NCBI GenBank assembly: GCA_039795775.1
Contig: JBDKLC010000006.1
Coordinates: forward strand, 3,772-67,771
Source of the DNA: Candidatus Parcubacteria bacterium
GTDB taxonomy: Bacteria; Patescibacteriota; Minisyncoccia; Phycocordibacterales; CAIZLB01
Direction: 5' to 3'
Length of the DNA: 64,000 nucleotides
In this document: positions 55,961-64,000 of the stretch, in pieces
Numbering within the stretch: position 1 is the stretch's first letter
Layout of the letters: each line of letters starts with the position of its first letter
Made by a program: the position numbers and the translations under genes
The notes under the pieces: model-generated
What the model was told of the DNA's origin: nothing
Seen by the model: the letters and a program-made list of their open reading frames with translations, nothing else
The model's database searches: none

Positions 55961-57679
55961 CTACACTTTATTCACTTCTTCGTATGGGATTTCTTTTCGA
56001 AGCGCTCTTATAATTGCATCTTCTTTCATTGTAATCATTCCCTTCTTTCGAAGATGCTCACTGATAGCGATTTCTGTTGCACCTGAGAGAATAATTTTTT
56101 CGAGTTCTTTGTCCATTTTGAACATTTCAAATACAGCCTGTCGTCCCTTTGTGCCCTTAGGACTTTCAGGAGTTGGGTTGATTCGATATACCTCGTCTGA
56201 TGTAGGAATTTCTGATTTAAATTCTTCTGGCAAATCTGCAAACTGCTTATCTATCATTATCTTGATACTGCCATCGATCTTTTCAGCTTTTACGGCAGGT
56301 GTATATGCTTTACCTACAAGTCGCTGAGCCATACCGAGAATGAGTGTAGGAGCAATAAGATACGGGTCGATGCCCATGTCGATAAGTCGTGGAACAATAC
56401 CTACAGAACTGTTGGTGTGGATTGTTGAAAATACCAAGTGACCTGTAAGAGCGGCTTGGATAGCCAACTGCGCAGTTTCTTTATCTCGAATTTCCCCCAC
56501 CATGATTACGTCAGGGTCCTGTCGGAGAGTTGTTCGAAGACCGGTAGCAAATGTATATCCAATTTCTGGATGTACCTGTGACTGACTCATACCTTCGATG
56601 TTGTATTCCACCGGGTCTTCAAGAGAAAGTACGTTCTGTTCTTCTCGATCAACTTCGTTGATCATTGAATACAATGTTGTTGTCTTTCCAGAACCTGTAG
56701 GACCTGAAATAAGAATGAGGCCATATGGTCGGTCGATGGCTTCGAGCACCATTTTGAGTGACCGTGGAGACATACCGAGCTCGGCGAGCTTCTGTACACC
56801 TTTTTGCTGATCAAGAATTCGCATTACCACTTTTTCTCCGTAGTATGTTGGGAATGTAGAAACTCGGAAGTCGATTTTTCGTCCTTCAATTCGTGCAGAA
56901 AATCGTCCGTCTTGAGGCTTTCGTTTTTCGTCGAGCTTCATGTTACAGAGAATTTTTATTCGAGCCACTACAGCATCATGTACTTTTGCTGGGAGTATAA
57001 GACTTGTATTAAGAACTCCATCCACTCGGAATCGTACTCGCACTCGCTCTCGCATTGCTTCGATGTGCACGTCAGATGCTTCTCCTTCGATAGCATATCG
57101 GAGAATAGTTGCTACGATTTTTGTAACTGGAGCATCTTCTATAATATTTGCAGTCCCCTGTTTTTGTGTTGTGAGTTCTTCGTCTCGAGTAAGTTCTACA
57201 TCGTCAGCAGAAAATTCACTTTCAAGGTCTGTGAGCGCTTTACTTACTTCTCCCGTAAGACCCTTATACATATTAATGATTCGTTCGAAATCATCTTCTG
57301 TAATTAAAAATACTTTAAAAGGAAGATTTATTTTAGCTGAAATAAAGTTCAACGCATCTCGCGCTTCAATGTTGTCTGGATCTACGAGGCCTACTTCGAG
57401 AACTCCATCTACCACTCCTAAAGGAGCAAACTTATAGTGAGTCGCCGATTCTTCTGGAATATATTTAAGAATTTCAAAAGGAATATCTTTGTCCCCTACT
57501 GACTTTGTAGGAATATGAAGATATTCGCCTTTTGCTTTTATGATGACTTGTGCTGCAATTCCACGATCTCGTAATACCTCTTCAACAGTTTTCCCAGAGG
57601 TCTGAGCTTCCTGAGAAATAAATTCCACATCATCTTTTGTAATTATGTCTTGTTGAGCAAGAATATTGAGAAAACTCAT
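55961..57679 (-). CDS. pilB: Type IV pilus assembly ATPase PilB (GspE/PulE family)
   Basis: ASDVHIE, PQDGRF, GPTGSGKTTT, LRQDPDVIMVGEIRD, TGHLVFSTIHTN. Confidence 0.93.
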   Translation of the reverse strand: MSFLNILAQQDIITKDDVEFISQEAQTSGKTVEEVLRDRGIAAQVIIKAKGEYLHIPTKSVGDKDIPFEILKYIPEESATHYKFAPLGVVDGVLEVGLVDPDNIEARDALNFISAKINLPFKVFLITEDDFERIINMYKGLTGEVSKALTDLESEFSADDVELTRDEELTTQKQGTANIIEDAPVTKIVATILRYAIEGEASDVHIEAMRERVRVRFRVDGVLNTSLILPAKVHDAVVARIKILCNMKLDEKRKPQDGRFSARIEGRKIDFRVSTFPTYYGEKVVMRILDQQKGVQKLAELGMSPRSLKMVLEAIDRPYGLILISGPTGSGKTTTLYSMINEVDREEQNVLSLEDPVEYNIEGMSQSQVHPEIGYTFATGLRTTLRQDPDVIMVGEIRDKETAQLAIQAALTGHLVFSTIHTNSSVGIVPRLIDMGIDPYLIAPTLILGMAQRLVGKAYTPAVKAEKIDGSIKIMIDKQFADLPEEFKSEIPTSDEVYRINPTPESPKGTKGRQAVFEMFKMDKELEKIILSGATEIAISEHLRKKGMITMKEDAIIRALRKEIPYEEVNKV

Positions 57680-57691
57680 GTAGTATTTATA

Positions 57692-58129
57692 TTATCTTGG
57701 TCTAGTTGTTCGACTTGTTGATGCTGTAGTTGTTCCTTGAGCGCTAATAGTAAATCCGTTTGTAGAAGAACCACTTGCTGATACTTCTGTATCATTCTGA
57801 CCTAGTGGAGCAAATGGGTTTGGTCGACCTGCTGGTTGTGGAATAAGTTCTCGACTGAAGTCTACAAGACTAAGGTATGCCGGGTCAGAAAAGATATCTA
57901 CATTGAATCGAATATTTTGAATGGCCAAAAGTTGATTAACGAATTCTCGTCCAGGACCTTCACTCGCAGATGTATTACCTCCTGTACTTGCTGTCTGTGA
58001 TGTTCGAACAAGTGCATTCGAACTTGTTGCGCTCGATGCTGGCATAAATTTTGTGTATGCAAGAAAAGCAATAACAACAAGTATCACGATGAGAATCAAG
58101 TATTTAAATTTTGAAAGTGTTGCCATCAT
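57692..58129 (-). CDS. Membrane-anchored pilus accessory protein (PilP position)
   Basis: N-terminal TM, GRPNPFAP motif; follows pilO. Confidence 0.6.
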   Translation of the reverse strand: MMATLSKFKYLILIVILVVIAFLAYTKFMPASSATSSNALVRTSQTASTGGNTSASEGPGREFVNQLLAIQNIRFNVDIFSDPAYLSLVDFSRELIPQPAGRPNPFAPLGQNDTEVSASGSSTNGFTISAQGTTTASTSRTTRPR

Positions 58130-58130
58130 G

Positions 58131-58667
58131 TTATTTGAGCCAATAAGTTTGTAATGTCACACCAAAATCGTACTTTCCATCTCGTGTTGATGCAAAAGAA
58201 AGTGATGTTACATCTACCAATCGGAGACTACTTTCCAAATCTCGAAGGAACGCAAGGAAGTTGTCGTATCCTGTGTTGATTGTAAAAGCCAATGAAATAG
58301 AGCCGAACTTATTGCCGTCTGGACCAAGGCCGTCTCCTCTGTTTGTAGACCCTTCGTTGATTCGAGTGTTTTTAATATTTACACCATATTTTGCTGCGAT
58401 GTTGTTGATATCGATAATGAGACCGACATTTTCAACGCCATCAGGAAGAAGCTTCTTTACCTTCTGGATATCAATTTCTGAAATCTGGTTTCGTTCCTGT
58501 GTGAGAGTTTCTCGCACCGCTCGAAGCTGGGCAGCTTTTTTGTTGGCTTCTTGAATTTTCTTTTGCTCGTTATCTTTGAGCTTTGTAGCCTGATACTGCG
58601 GATTAGTAAATCCAATGAATAATCCGACTGATGCCAATATGAAGATGATAGGTAAAAAGAGTCTCAT
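58131..58667 (-). CDS. pilO: PilO-like protein
   Basis: TM, coiled coil, LLPD, YDNFLAFLRDLESSLRLVDV. Confidence 0.85.
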   Translation of the reverse strand: MRLFLPIIFILASVGLFIGFTNPQYQATKLKDNEQKKIQEANKKAAQLRAVRETLTQERNQISEIDIQKVKKLLPDGVENVGLIIDINNIAAKYGVNIKNTRINEGSTNRGDGLGPDGNKFGSISLAFTINTGYDNFLAFLRDLESSLRLVDVTSLSFASTRDGKYDFGVTLQTYWLK

Positions 58668-58668
58668 A

Positions 58669-59298
58669 TTATTGTGTTGGTTGAATAGTTCCTGGGATAG
58701 CTGCTCCTCTATCCTTTATTGATTTGTAATATGACACGAGAGTTGGATCAACTGATGCTGAAAAACTGAATGTGACGTTACCACTCTGGTCGAGATTCAA
58801 ATCACCAAAAATAGGACTTCGGAATACGTTTCGAAGAGAAGGATCAGTAAAGGCTCGTGACTGGAGAGCAACTGTTTCATAACTTGTAGCCTGTCCTTTC
58901 ATAGACATAGTTACTTTTCCTCCTCCAGCATTTACGAAGCTAAAGTCATTGAATCGAACATTTTTGAGGGTTGTTCCAGAAAGCACTGTAAATACATTTG
59001 AAACAGCAACGTGCTGTTTGAGAAGTACATCTACAGAAGAGATTCTATCGTTGAGACGTGTGAGTTCTTGGATAGTTGTAGGATCAAAAGCATTTTCATT
59101 TCGTTCAAGCTGCTTCTTCCCTTCTGAAATAGATGTATCAACATACTGACCATAAAGAAATACTCCTCCACCTGCTGCCAAGCTAGCAATCAATACGATA
59201 AATGAAATTACAAACAACAAACCTGAGCCCGAAGAATGTCGGACTGAGTCAGTAACTGGTTGTTTTGGTATGAACGATGTTTGGAACTTTGTTTCCAT
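58669..59298 (-). CDS. pilN: PilN-like protein
   Basis: TSFIPK, TM, coiled coil, MKGQATSY; located between pilM and pilO. Confidence 0.75.
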   Translation of the reverse strand: METKFQTSFIPKQPVTDSVRHSSGSGLLFVISFIVLIASLAAGGGVFLYGQYVDTSISEGKKQLERNENAFDPTTIQELTRLNDRISSVDVLLKQHVAVSNVFTVLSGTTLKNVRFNDFSFVNAGGGKVTMSMKGQATSYETVALQSRAFTDPSLRNVFRSPIFGDLNLDQSGNVTFSFSASVDPTLVSYYKSIKDRGAAIPGTIQPTQ

Positions 59299-59378
59299 GA
59301 ATTTTGTACAACACTAGTATATCACTTTCTTATCACAGCATTCAACACAATTATGCTAGGTTTTCCACTCTTTTGGAA

Positions 59379-60506
59379 TTATCCGAGTTCTTGGAGCTTT
59401 CGGAGTGCAACTCCAATAGCAACAGCGAACTCCAAGCCTGTAGCAAGAAGCACGTCTTCGAGGAATGCTGGTGTTTCTACTTTTGCAAACGGATTTCCGA
59501 TCTCAACTTCTGTTTGGAAGTTTGCTCGAGCAAGTTCCACTACCCCTTTCATGGCCACTCCACCTCCGGTGAGAATTACTTTACTGATAGTTTTATTAAA
59601 TTTCTTTTGATAGTTGAGGAATACACTGTTTGCTTCTGAGAAAATAAAATCAAGTGTGAGAGAAATAATTTCGTATACGTCTTTTTCATTTGCAACTTTA
59701 CCTGTACCAAGTTCTCGCTTGATTTGTTCTGCTCGCTCGAATGGAATATTCAAGCCTTTTGAAATACTGATCGTGATATCCTGTGAACCTTTGTTGATAA
59801 CGTGTGAATACTTTACTACACCTCGCTCGAGTACATAGAGTTTTGTAGAAGATGCACCAAGGTCAAATACCATCACCGGTGTAGTTTCACCAGAAAGGAG
59901 CGCACGTGTAGCACTAAACATTTCAATTTCAAAGAATGTTGTTTTGAGTTCGGCTAACTTCACAATAGATGTGTAATTACTAAGAATCTCGTTATGAATA
60001 GAAACCACAAGTACTTGGAGTTTTTGTTTTGCCAAAATGTCTGCCTGTTTCTTTTCGTCTTCATTTTCGACGAAGTCCAGTGCGGAGTCAGATTCATTTG
60101 GTACTACCCACCAGTCCAGTGTTACTTCACTAATTGGTACTGGAATATACTTTCGGGCTTCAAGAGGGATCATTTCCTGGAGCTGTTTGTCAGACACCTT
60201 AGGCATATCGATGAGCGATACGAGACTTGATCGGAATGGAATAGACATTCCACTTGATGTAGATGTTACGTTTGATTCTTTGAGAACATCTTTGATAGCT
60301 TCTGCAATTTTTTCAGGAGGCAAGTTTGTGACTTGGCCAACGACAAAATTTCCATAGGGACCAAGGGCAAGTTCACCATATGTTTCGAGGACAGCTCGCC
60401 CCTTCTTCTTGCGCAGCTGAACAACCTTGATTGATGATGCCCCTATGTCTATTCCTATTACGCTTTCATCCATTTTCTTGAAAATATTTTGAAAAAAATT
60501 TGCCAT
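59379..60506 (-). CDS. pilM: Type IV pilus assembly protein PilM
   Basis: IGIDIGASSIKVVQL, EARKYIPVP, DLGASST, LTGGG, AVAIGVALR. Real start MANFF at 60506; the ORF-track extension overlaps comF. Confidence 0.92.
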   Translation of the reverse strand: MANFFQNIFKKMDESVIGIDIGASSIKVVQLRKKKGRAVLETYGELALGPYGNFVVGQVTNLPPEKIAEAIKDVLKESNVTSTSSGMSIPFRSSLVSLIDMPKVSDKQLQEMIPLEARKYIPVPISEVTLDWWVVPNESDSALDFVENEDEKKQADILAKQKLQVLVVSIHNEILSNYTSIVKLAELKTTFFEIEMFSATRALLSGETTPVMVFDLGASSTKLYVLERGVVKYSHVINKGSQDITISISKGLNIPFERAEQIKRELGTGKVANEKDVYEIISLTLDFIFSEANSVFLNYQKKFNKTISKVILTGGGVAMKGVVELARANFQTEVEIGNPFAKVETPAFLEDVLLATGLEFAVAIGVALRKLQELG

Positions 60507-60555
60507 GACATCTCTAGAATGCAGTTCATCATTAGTATATACCACCAATGACATA

Positions 60556-61281
60556 ATGAGAATACGATTTTTCCAACATATCCTACATATCAAAGAGTAC
60601 ATTGAGACTCTCTTGTTTGGTGTACCACGCCATTCAAAAACAAAAATACCTATATATAAGGTATGCCCACGAGAGCGTTTGCGACACCACAGTGATACAT
60701 ATATATGTACGTCCTCACCAAAAACCCTACCTACTACGGTACAGAGCATACTTCCCTATCAACACGAAGAGGTGAAACAAACATTGTGGGCCTTCAAATA
60801 TACTAACGATATAACAGCCACATTGTATCTTGCTGAAATGATGTGCGATGAACTTATAGACTATTTTTCCTCACGAATACTTCATTCGTTTAATTTTCCT
60901 ATCGCCTATATTTTTACTATTCCTTCATCTTCTTTTCATAATGGAGAACGCAATTGGGACCAGATGTGTAAGCTCATGCAGATGATGAAGCGATTTCCTG
61001 AATGCAAAAACTTTTTTGCTCAGTATGAAAAAGCTTTTGCACCTTTGCCTATTTCACATTCGTCTGTCGCTGCACAGCACACTCTCAACCGTTCTCTGCG
61101 TATAGCTTCTGCTTCACAGAGATTTAGCCTCTCTGACATATCAACGCTGGGTCAACATGCACACATCATCATTCTTGATGACGTCACCACAACAGGCTCA
61201 ACTCTCGCATATGCAAAACATCTCTGTACAGAAGTGAGCAGAGATGTGAGCCATATTCATTGTTTTGCTATCGCACACTAA
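60556..61281 (+). CDS. comF: ComF-family phosphoribosyltransferase-like competence protein
   Basis: LWAFKY, ERNWDQ, AQHTL, ILDDVTTTGSTL, FAIAH; divergent from pilM. Confidence 0.78.
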   Translation: MRIRFFQHILHIKEYIETLLFGVPRHSKTKIPIYKVCPRERLRHHSDTYICTSSPKTLPTTVQSILPYQHEEVKQTLWAFKYTNDITATLYLAEMMCDELIDYFSSRILHSFNFPIAYIFTIPSSSFHNGERNWDQMCKLMQMMKRFPECKNFFAQYEKAFAPLPISHSSVAAQHTLNRSLRIASASQRFSLSDISTLGQHAHIIILDDVTTTGSTLAYAKHLCTEVSRDVSHIHCFAIAH

Positions 61282-61305
61282 ACACTATCGCACCAAAACA
61301 AAAAT

Positions 61306-62256
61306 TTATTTCAAAAGCATTAACAACATTGTTGGATTGTGACGGAAGAAGAGAACCGTACCAGCAAGTACACCAAACATAAGGAGAAAACCGAGAATAC
61401 CTGTGCCGAGGTATACCCATTTGTCTTTTTTTGTCGCAGTAATCGTCACTCCCTTCTTTGCAATCTGATACTTACTGAAGAGAACAGAAAGATATACTGC
61501 TGTAAACATCGGGAAGAAAATCTGATATGCCAAGTTCAAAAGACCAGAAAGACCGACTGAGACTTTTTCAGTGAGACGAAGAATAAAGCTCAATACAATA
61601 CTAACGACAAAAAGAATACTCATATATCCAAGTGTTTTCCACCAGTTACCTCGAACATATTCTCTACTCTTGAGCAATGCTGCCATACCTCTCTCTCCTT
61701 CTACAAGGAATGTAAATATCCAGAACACAAAGAAGATACTAAATATAACTGCCGGAATAACAAAGAAAACAAATGAACCACATATAATGATACCTAACAA
61801 AAGGGAGAGCCAAATGAATGGAAAGAATCTGCTTTTGTTTTCGAGAAATGCTTGTTTGATTGGAATTTGAACCGGAGAAATTGCCTGTGTGTAGAGAGCG
61901 AGCATACTCCATACAGTGACAGCTATGATAGCAAGGCCAGCAATTCCAAGTGGAATAAATACACCAAAAGGAAATTTTAAATCTGACATTGTGTGCACAG
62001 AAAGTGTGCTAAAGAGACTTGGAAACAAGATAAAAAGAATGACGAGAAGAAGGCCAATGACTAGTACAGATATAACTGGAATAGCCGCAAGCAATGTAAA
62101 AGACCAGAATCGTGCTTTGATTCGAGCCCACGTTTCATTCATCACTTCATCGATAGTTGGCAAAGAGGCAGCGTCGACTACAGGAGTCGGAGCTGGTGTC
62201 TCTGTTGGTGTCTTTTCTACAGTGTCTACAATAATTGGTGCTTCTTGTTCGCTCAT
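61306..62256 (-). CDS. Multi-pass membrane protein
   Basis: About 7 TMs, ALLKSREYVRGNWW motif; start MSEQ at 62256. Confidence 0.75.
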   Translation of the reverse strand: MSEQEAPIIVDTVEKTPTETPAPTPVVDAASLPTIDEVMNETWARIKARFWSFTLLAAIPVISVLVIGLLLVILFILFPSLFSTLSVHTMSDLKFPFGVFIPLGIAGLAIIAVTVWSMLALYTQAISPVQIPIKQAFLENKSRFFPFIWLSLLLGIIICGSFVFFVIPAVIFSIFFVFWIFTFLVEGERGMAALLKSREYVRGNWWKTLGYMSILFVVSIVLSFILRLTEKVSVGLSGLLNLAYQIFFPMFTAVYLSVLFSKYQIAKKGVTITATKKDKWVYLGTGILGFLLMFGVLAGTVLFFRHNPTMLLMLLK

Positions 62257-62375
62257 ATATATAGTATTAGGGTTACGAAAATAGTATCGCATGTTCCAAA
62301 AAAATATGCTATGGTATTGGCACAATTGCGCTATTAAAGCCCTAGGCAGAGGCGCATTGTAGAGAGAGGTAATCT

Positions 62376-62505
<130 letters not shown>

Positions 62506-62515
62506 ATAGGATTGT

Positions 62516-62621
62516 GGGGATTCGAAAGCCGGAACGAATTGCCAATGTCGCAACAGCGACTGGCACAAGTGAGGCGGGGTCGCACAAAATTTCTGTAAGA
62601 AATTTATGTGTGACCGAATCC
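62516..62621 (+). repeat. tRNA-associated structured element, Ser copy
   Basis: GGGGATTCGAAAGCCGGA...GAGGCGGGGTCGCAC...GTGTGACC-GAATCC. Confidence 0.8.
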
Positions 62622-62641
62622 TTTGTTACAATAAAATATAC

Positions 62642-62731
62642 GGAGGAATGGATGAGTGGTTTAAATCAACGGTTTACTAAACCGTCGAGCCTTAATTGGC
62701 TCCGTGAGTTCGAATCTCACTTCCTCCGCCA
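62642..62731 (+). tRNA. tRNA-Ser(ACU), rare anticodon
   Basis: GGAGGAA..ACGGT-TT-ACT-AA-ACCGT, variable arm GAGCC/GGCTC, GTGAGTTCGAATCTCAC, TTCCTCC-G-CCA. Confidence 0.9.
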
Positions 62732-62770
62732 AATAAGAAATCCTCAAAGGGGTCATACACCCTAACAATT

Positions 62771-63382
62771 ATGAGTTTTTATAAAAAATACATCCTGCCC
62801 AAATATCTTAACTGGGTAATGAAGAACAAAAATTTAGAAAAGCATCGAAGGGATGTTGTTTCTGAGTTATCTGGTACGGGACTTGAAATAGGTTTTGGGT
62901 CTGGGCTTAACCTTCCTTATTATAAAAATGTAACAAAATTATACGCTCTTGATCCTTCTAAAGAGCTCTTTGAATTAGCTCATAAAAATATTGAGACAAA
63001 CTCATTCCCAATAGAGCACCTCCCGAATACAGCAGAGCATATTCCCCTTCCTGATAATAGTCTTGATTTTGTTGTTTCAACCTGGACTCTTTGTAGTATT
63101 CCTAAACCAGAAGCTGCATTAAAAGAAGTCTTTAGAGTTTTAAAGAACACGGGGAAATTTTCTTTTATTGAGCATGGCAAATCACCAAAAACATCTATTT
63201 CTAAAATACAAAATCTACTCACACCACTTTCAAAGCGTGTTGCTGGTGGATGCCACATGAACAGAGATATTGAAAAGATCATCTTTGATGCCGACTTCAC
63301 CATGCAGAAAATCAATAAATTTTCTAAAAAGACAAAACCTCTCGGATTCATGTACAAAGGTGCCGCTATTGCAAAAAAGTAG
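62771..63382 (+). CDS. Class I SAM-dependent methyltransferase
   Basis: LEIGFGSGLN, VSTWTLCSI, FIEHG, GGCHMNRDI. Confidence 0.9.
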   Translation: MSFYKKYILPKYLNWVMKNKNLEKHRRDVVSELSGTGLEIGFGSGLNLPYYKNVTKLYALDPSKELFELAHKNIETNSFPIEHLPNTAEHIPLPDNSLDFVVSTWTLCSIPKPEAALKEVFRVLKNTGKFSFIEHGKSPKTSISKIQNLLTPLSKRVAGGCHMNRDIEKIIFDADFTMQKINKFSKKTKPLGFMYKGAAIAKK

Positions 63383-63427
63383 CTCGAGCTGCATTATTCT
63401 TTATACTCAACTCACATCATTAACTTT

Positions 63428-63625
63428 ATGAATACATACTTAAAAACATTCATCCTGTCAGCCTTACTCGTAACCTTTGTAGCTCATCCGGCTTTAGCAA
63501 AAACCACATATCAGACTGTGCCTACAGGAGCTACAGCGAAATGCAAAGACGGTACATATAGTTTCAGCAAAAACCATAAAGGTACATGCTCACACCACAA
63601 AGGAGTTTTGAAGTGGTATAAATAA
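63428..63625 (+). CDS. DUF3761-like small secreted protein
   Basis: Signal peptide plus GATAKCKDGTYSFS..GTCSHHKGV. Confidence 0.8.
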   Translation: MNTYLKTFILSALLVTFVAHPALAKTTYQTVPTGATAKCKDGTYSFSKNHKGTCSHHKGVLKWYK

Positions 63626-63667
63626 TAAATTTTTCTAACTATAATTAGAAAAGAATTTATTTTATCA

Positions 63668-63910
63668 ATGAAAATCTTCGTCAAAGCAAAGACCGGTCAA
63701 AAAGAAAATAAAATCATTCCTCCAGCATTGCGACTTATCCCTGAAGATGAGGAGTGGTACACTATTTCCGTAAAAGAACGGCCCATAAAAGGCATGGCAA
63801 ATGACGCTATGATAAAACTTATCGCAGAACATTTTGATGTATCTCGATCTCAAGTCGAACTTATTTCCGGAGCAATTTCAAAGAGAAAAGTATTCGAAAT
63901 TAAAAAATAA
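63668..63910 (+). CDS. DUF167/YggU family protein
   Basis: MKIFVKAK, VKERPIKGMAN, LIAEHFDVSRSQVELISGAISKRK. Confidence 0.85.
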   Translation: MKIFVKAKTGQKENKIIPPALRLIPEDEEWYTISVKERPIKGMANDAMIKLIAEHFDVSRSQVELISGAISKRKVFEIKK

Positions 63911-63920
63911 ACCAATATCA

Positions 63921-64000
63921 ATGAACAACATCAAAACAATCTATATCCCCCTACTCGGAATTCTGTCGAGCGTCGTTGCTTTTAACTTAGCAAACTCAGC
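63921..64000 (+). CDS. Start of a probable membrane/exported protein (runs off window edge)
   Basis: MNNIKTIYIPLLGILSSVVAFNLANS, open to the end of the window. Confidence 0.45.
   Translation, partial: MNNIKTIYIPLLGILSSVVAFNLANS

Noticed and set aside
60507-60749. 81-aa N-terminal extension of PilM in the ORF track
   Set aside because: It overlaps comF on the other strand and has no PilM similarity; the real start is ATG 60506.

Overview
AT-rich chromosomal segment that looks like Patescibacteria/CPR, probably Parcubacteria. This is inferred from the gene content: a type IV pilus cluster with no secretin, CPR-style cohesin/dockerin proteins, and many small membrane-anchored hypotheticals. 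RF2 is present, so genetic code 11 is likely. Nearly all genes lie on the minus strand. Contents in order: small accessory enzymes (1-3.8 kb); an operon encoding a 5419-aa surface protein (about 49 GLUG-like coils each carrying a PGRS-like Gly-rich insert, 15 FN3 repeats, C-terminal dockerin) followed by two membrane-anchored cohesin proteins; AT-rich cargo genes downstream of tRNA-Gln; ftsEX; a shortened prfB; a GC-richer segment between tRNA-Asp and two CAU tRNAs; gatCA; ligA; a full pil cluster with comF; and two tRNA-Ser genes. Seven tRNA genes were found. The most notable items are: (i) a structured repeat family downstream of three different tRNAs whose ends track the host tRNA's T-arm; (ii) the cohesin-dockerin-anchored giant adhesin with an unusual beta-solenoid/polyglycine architecture; (iii) a tRNA-Ser with the rare ACU anticodon. 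All family assignments come from motif recognition by eye; no searches were run.
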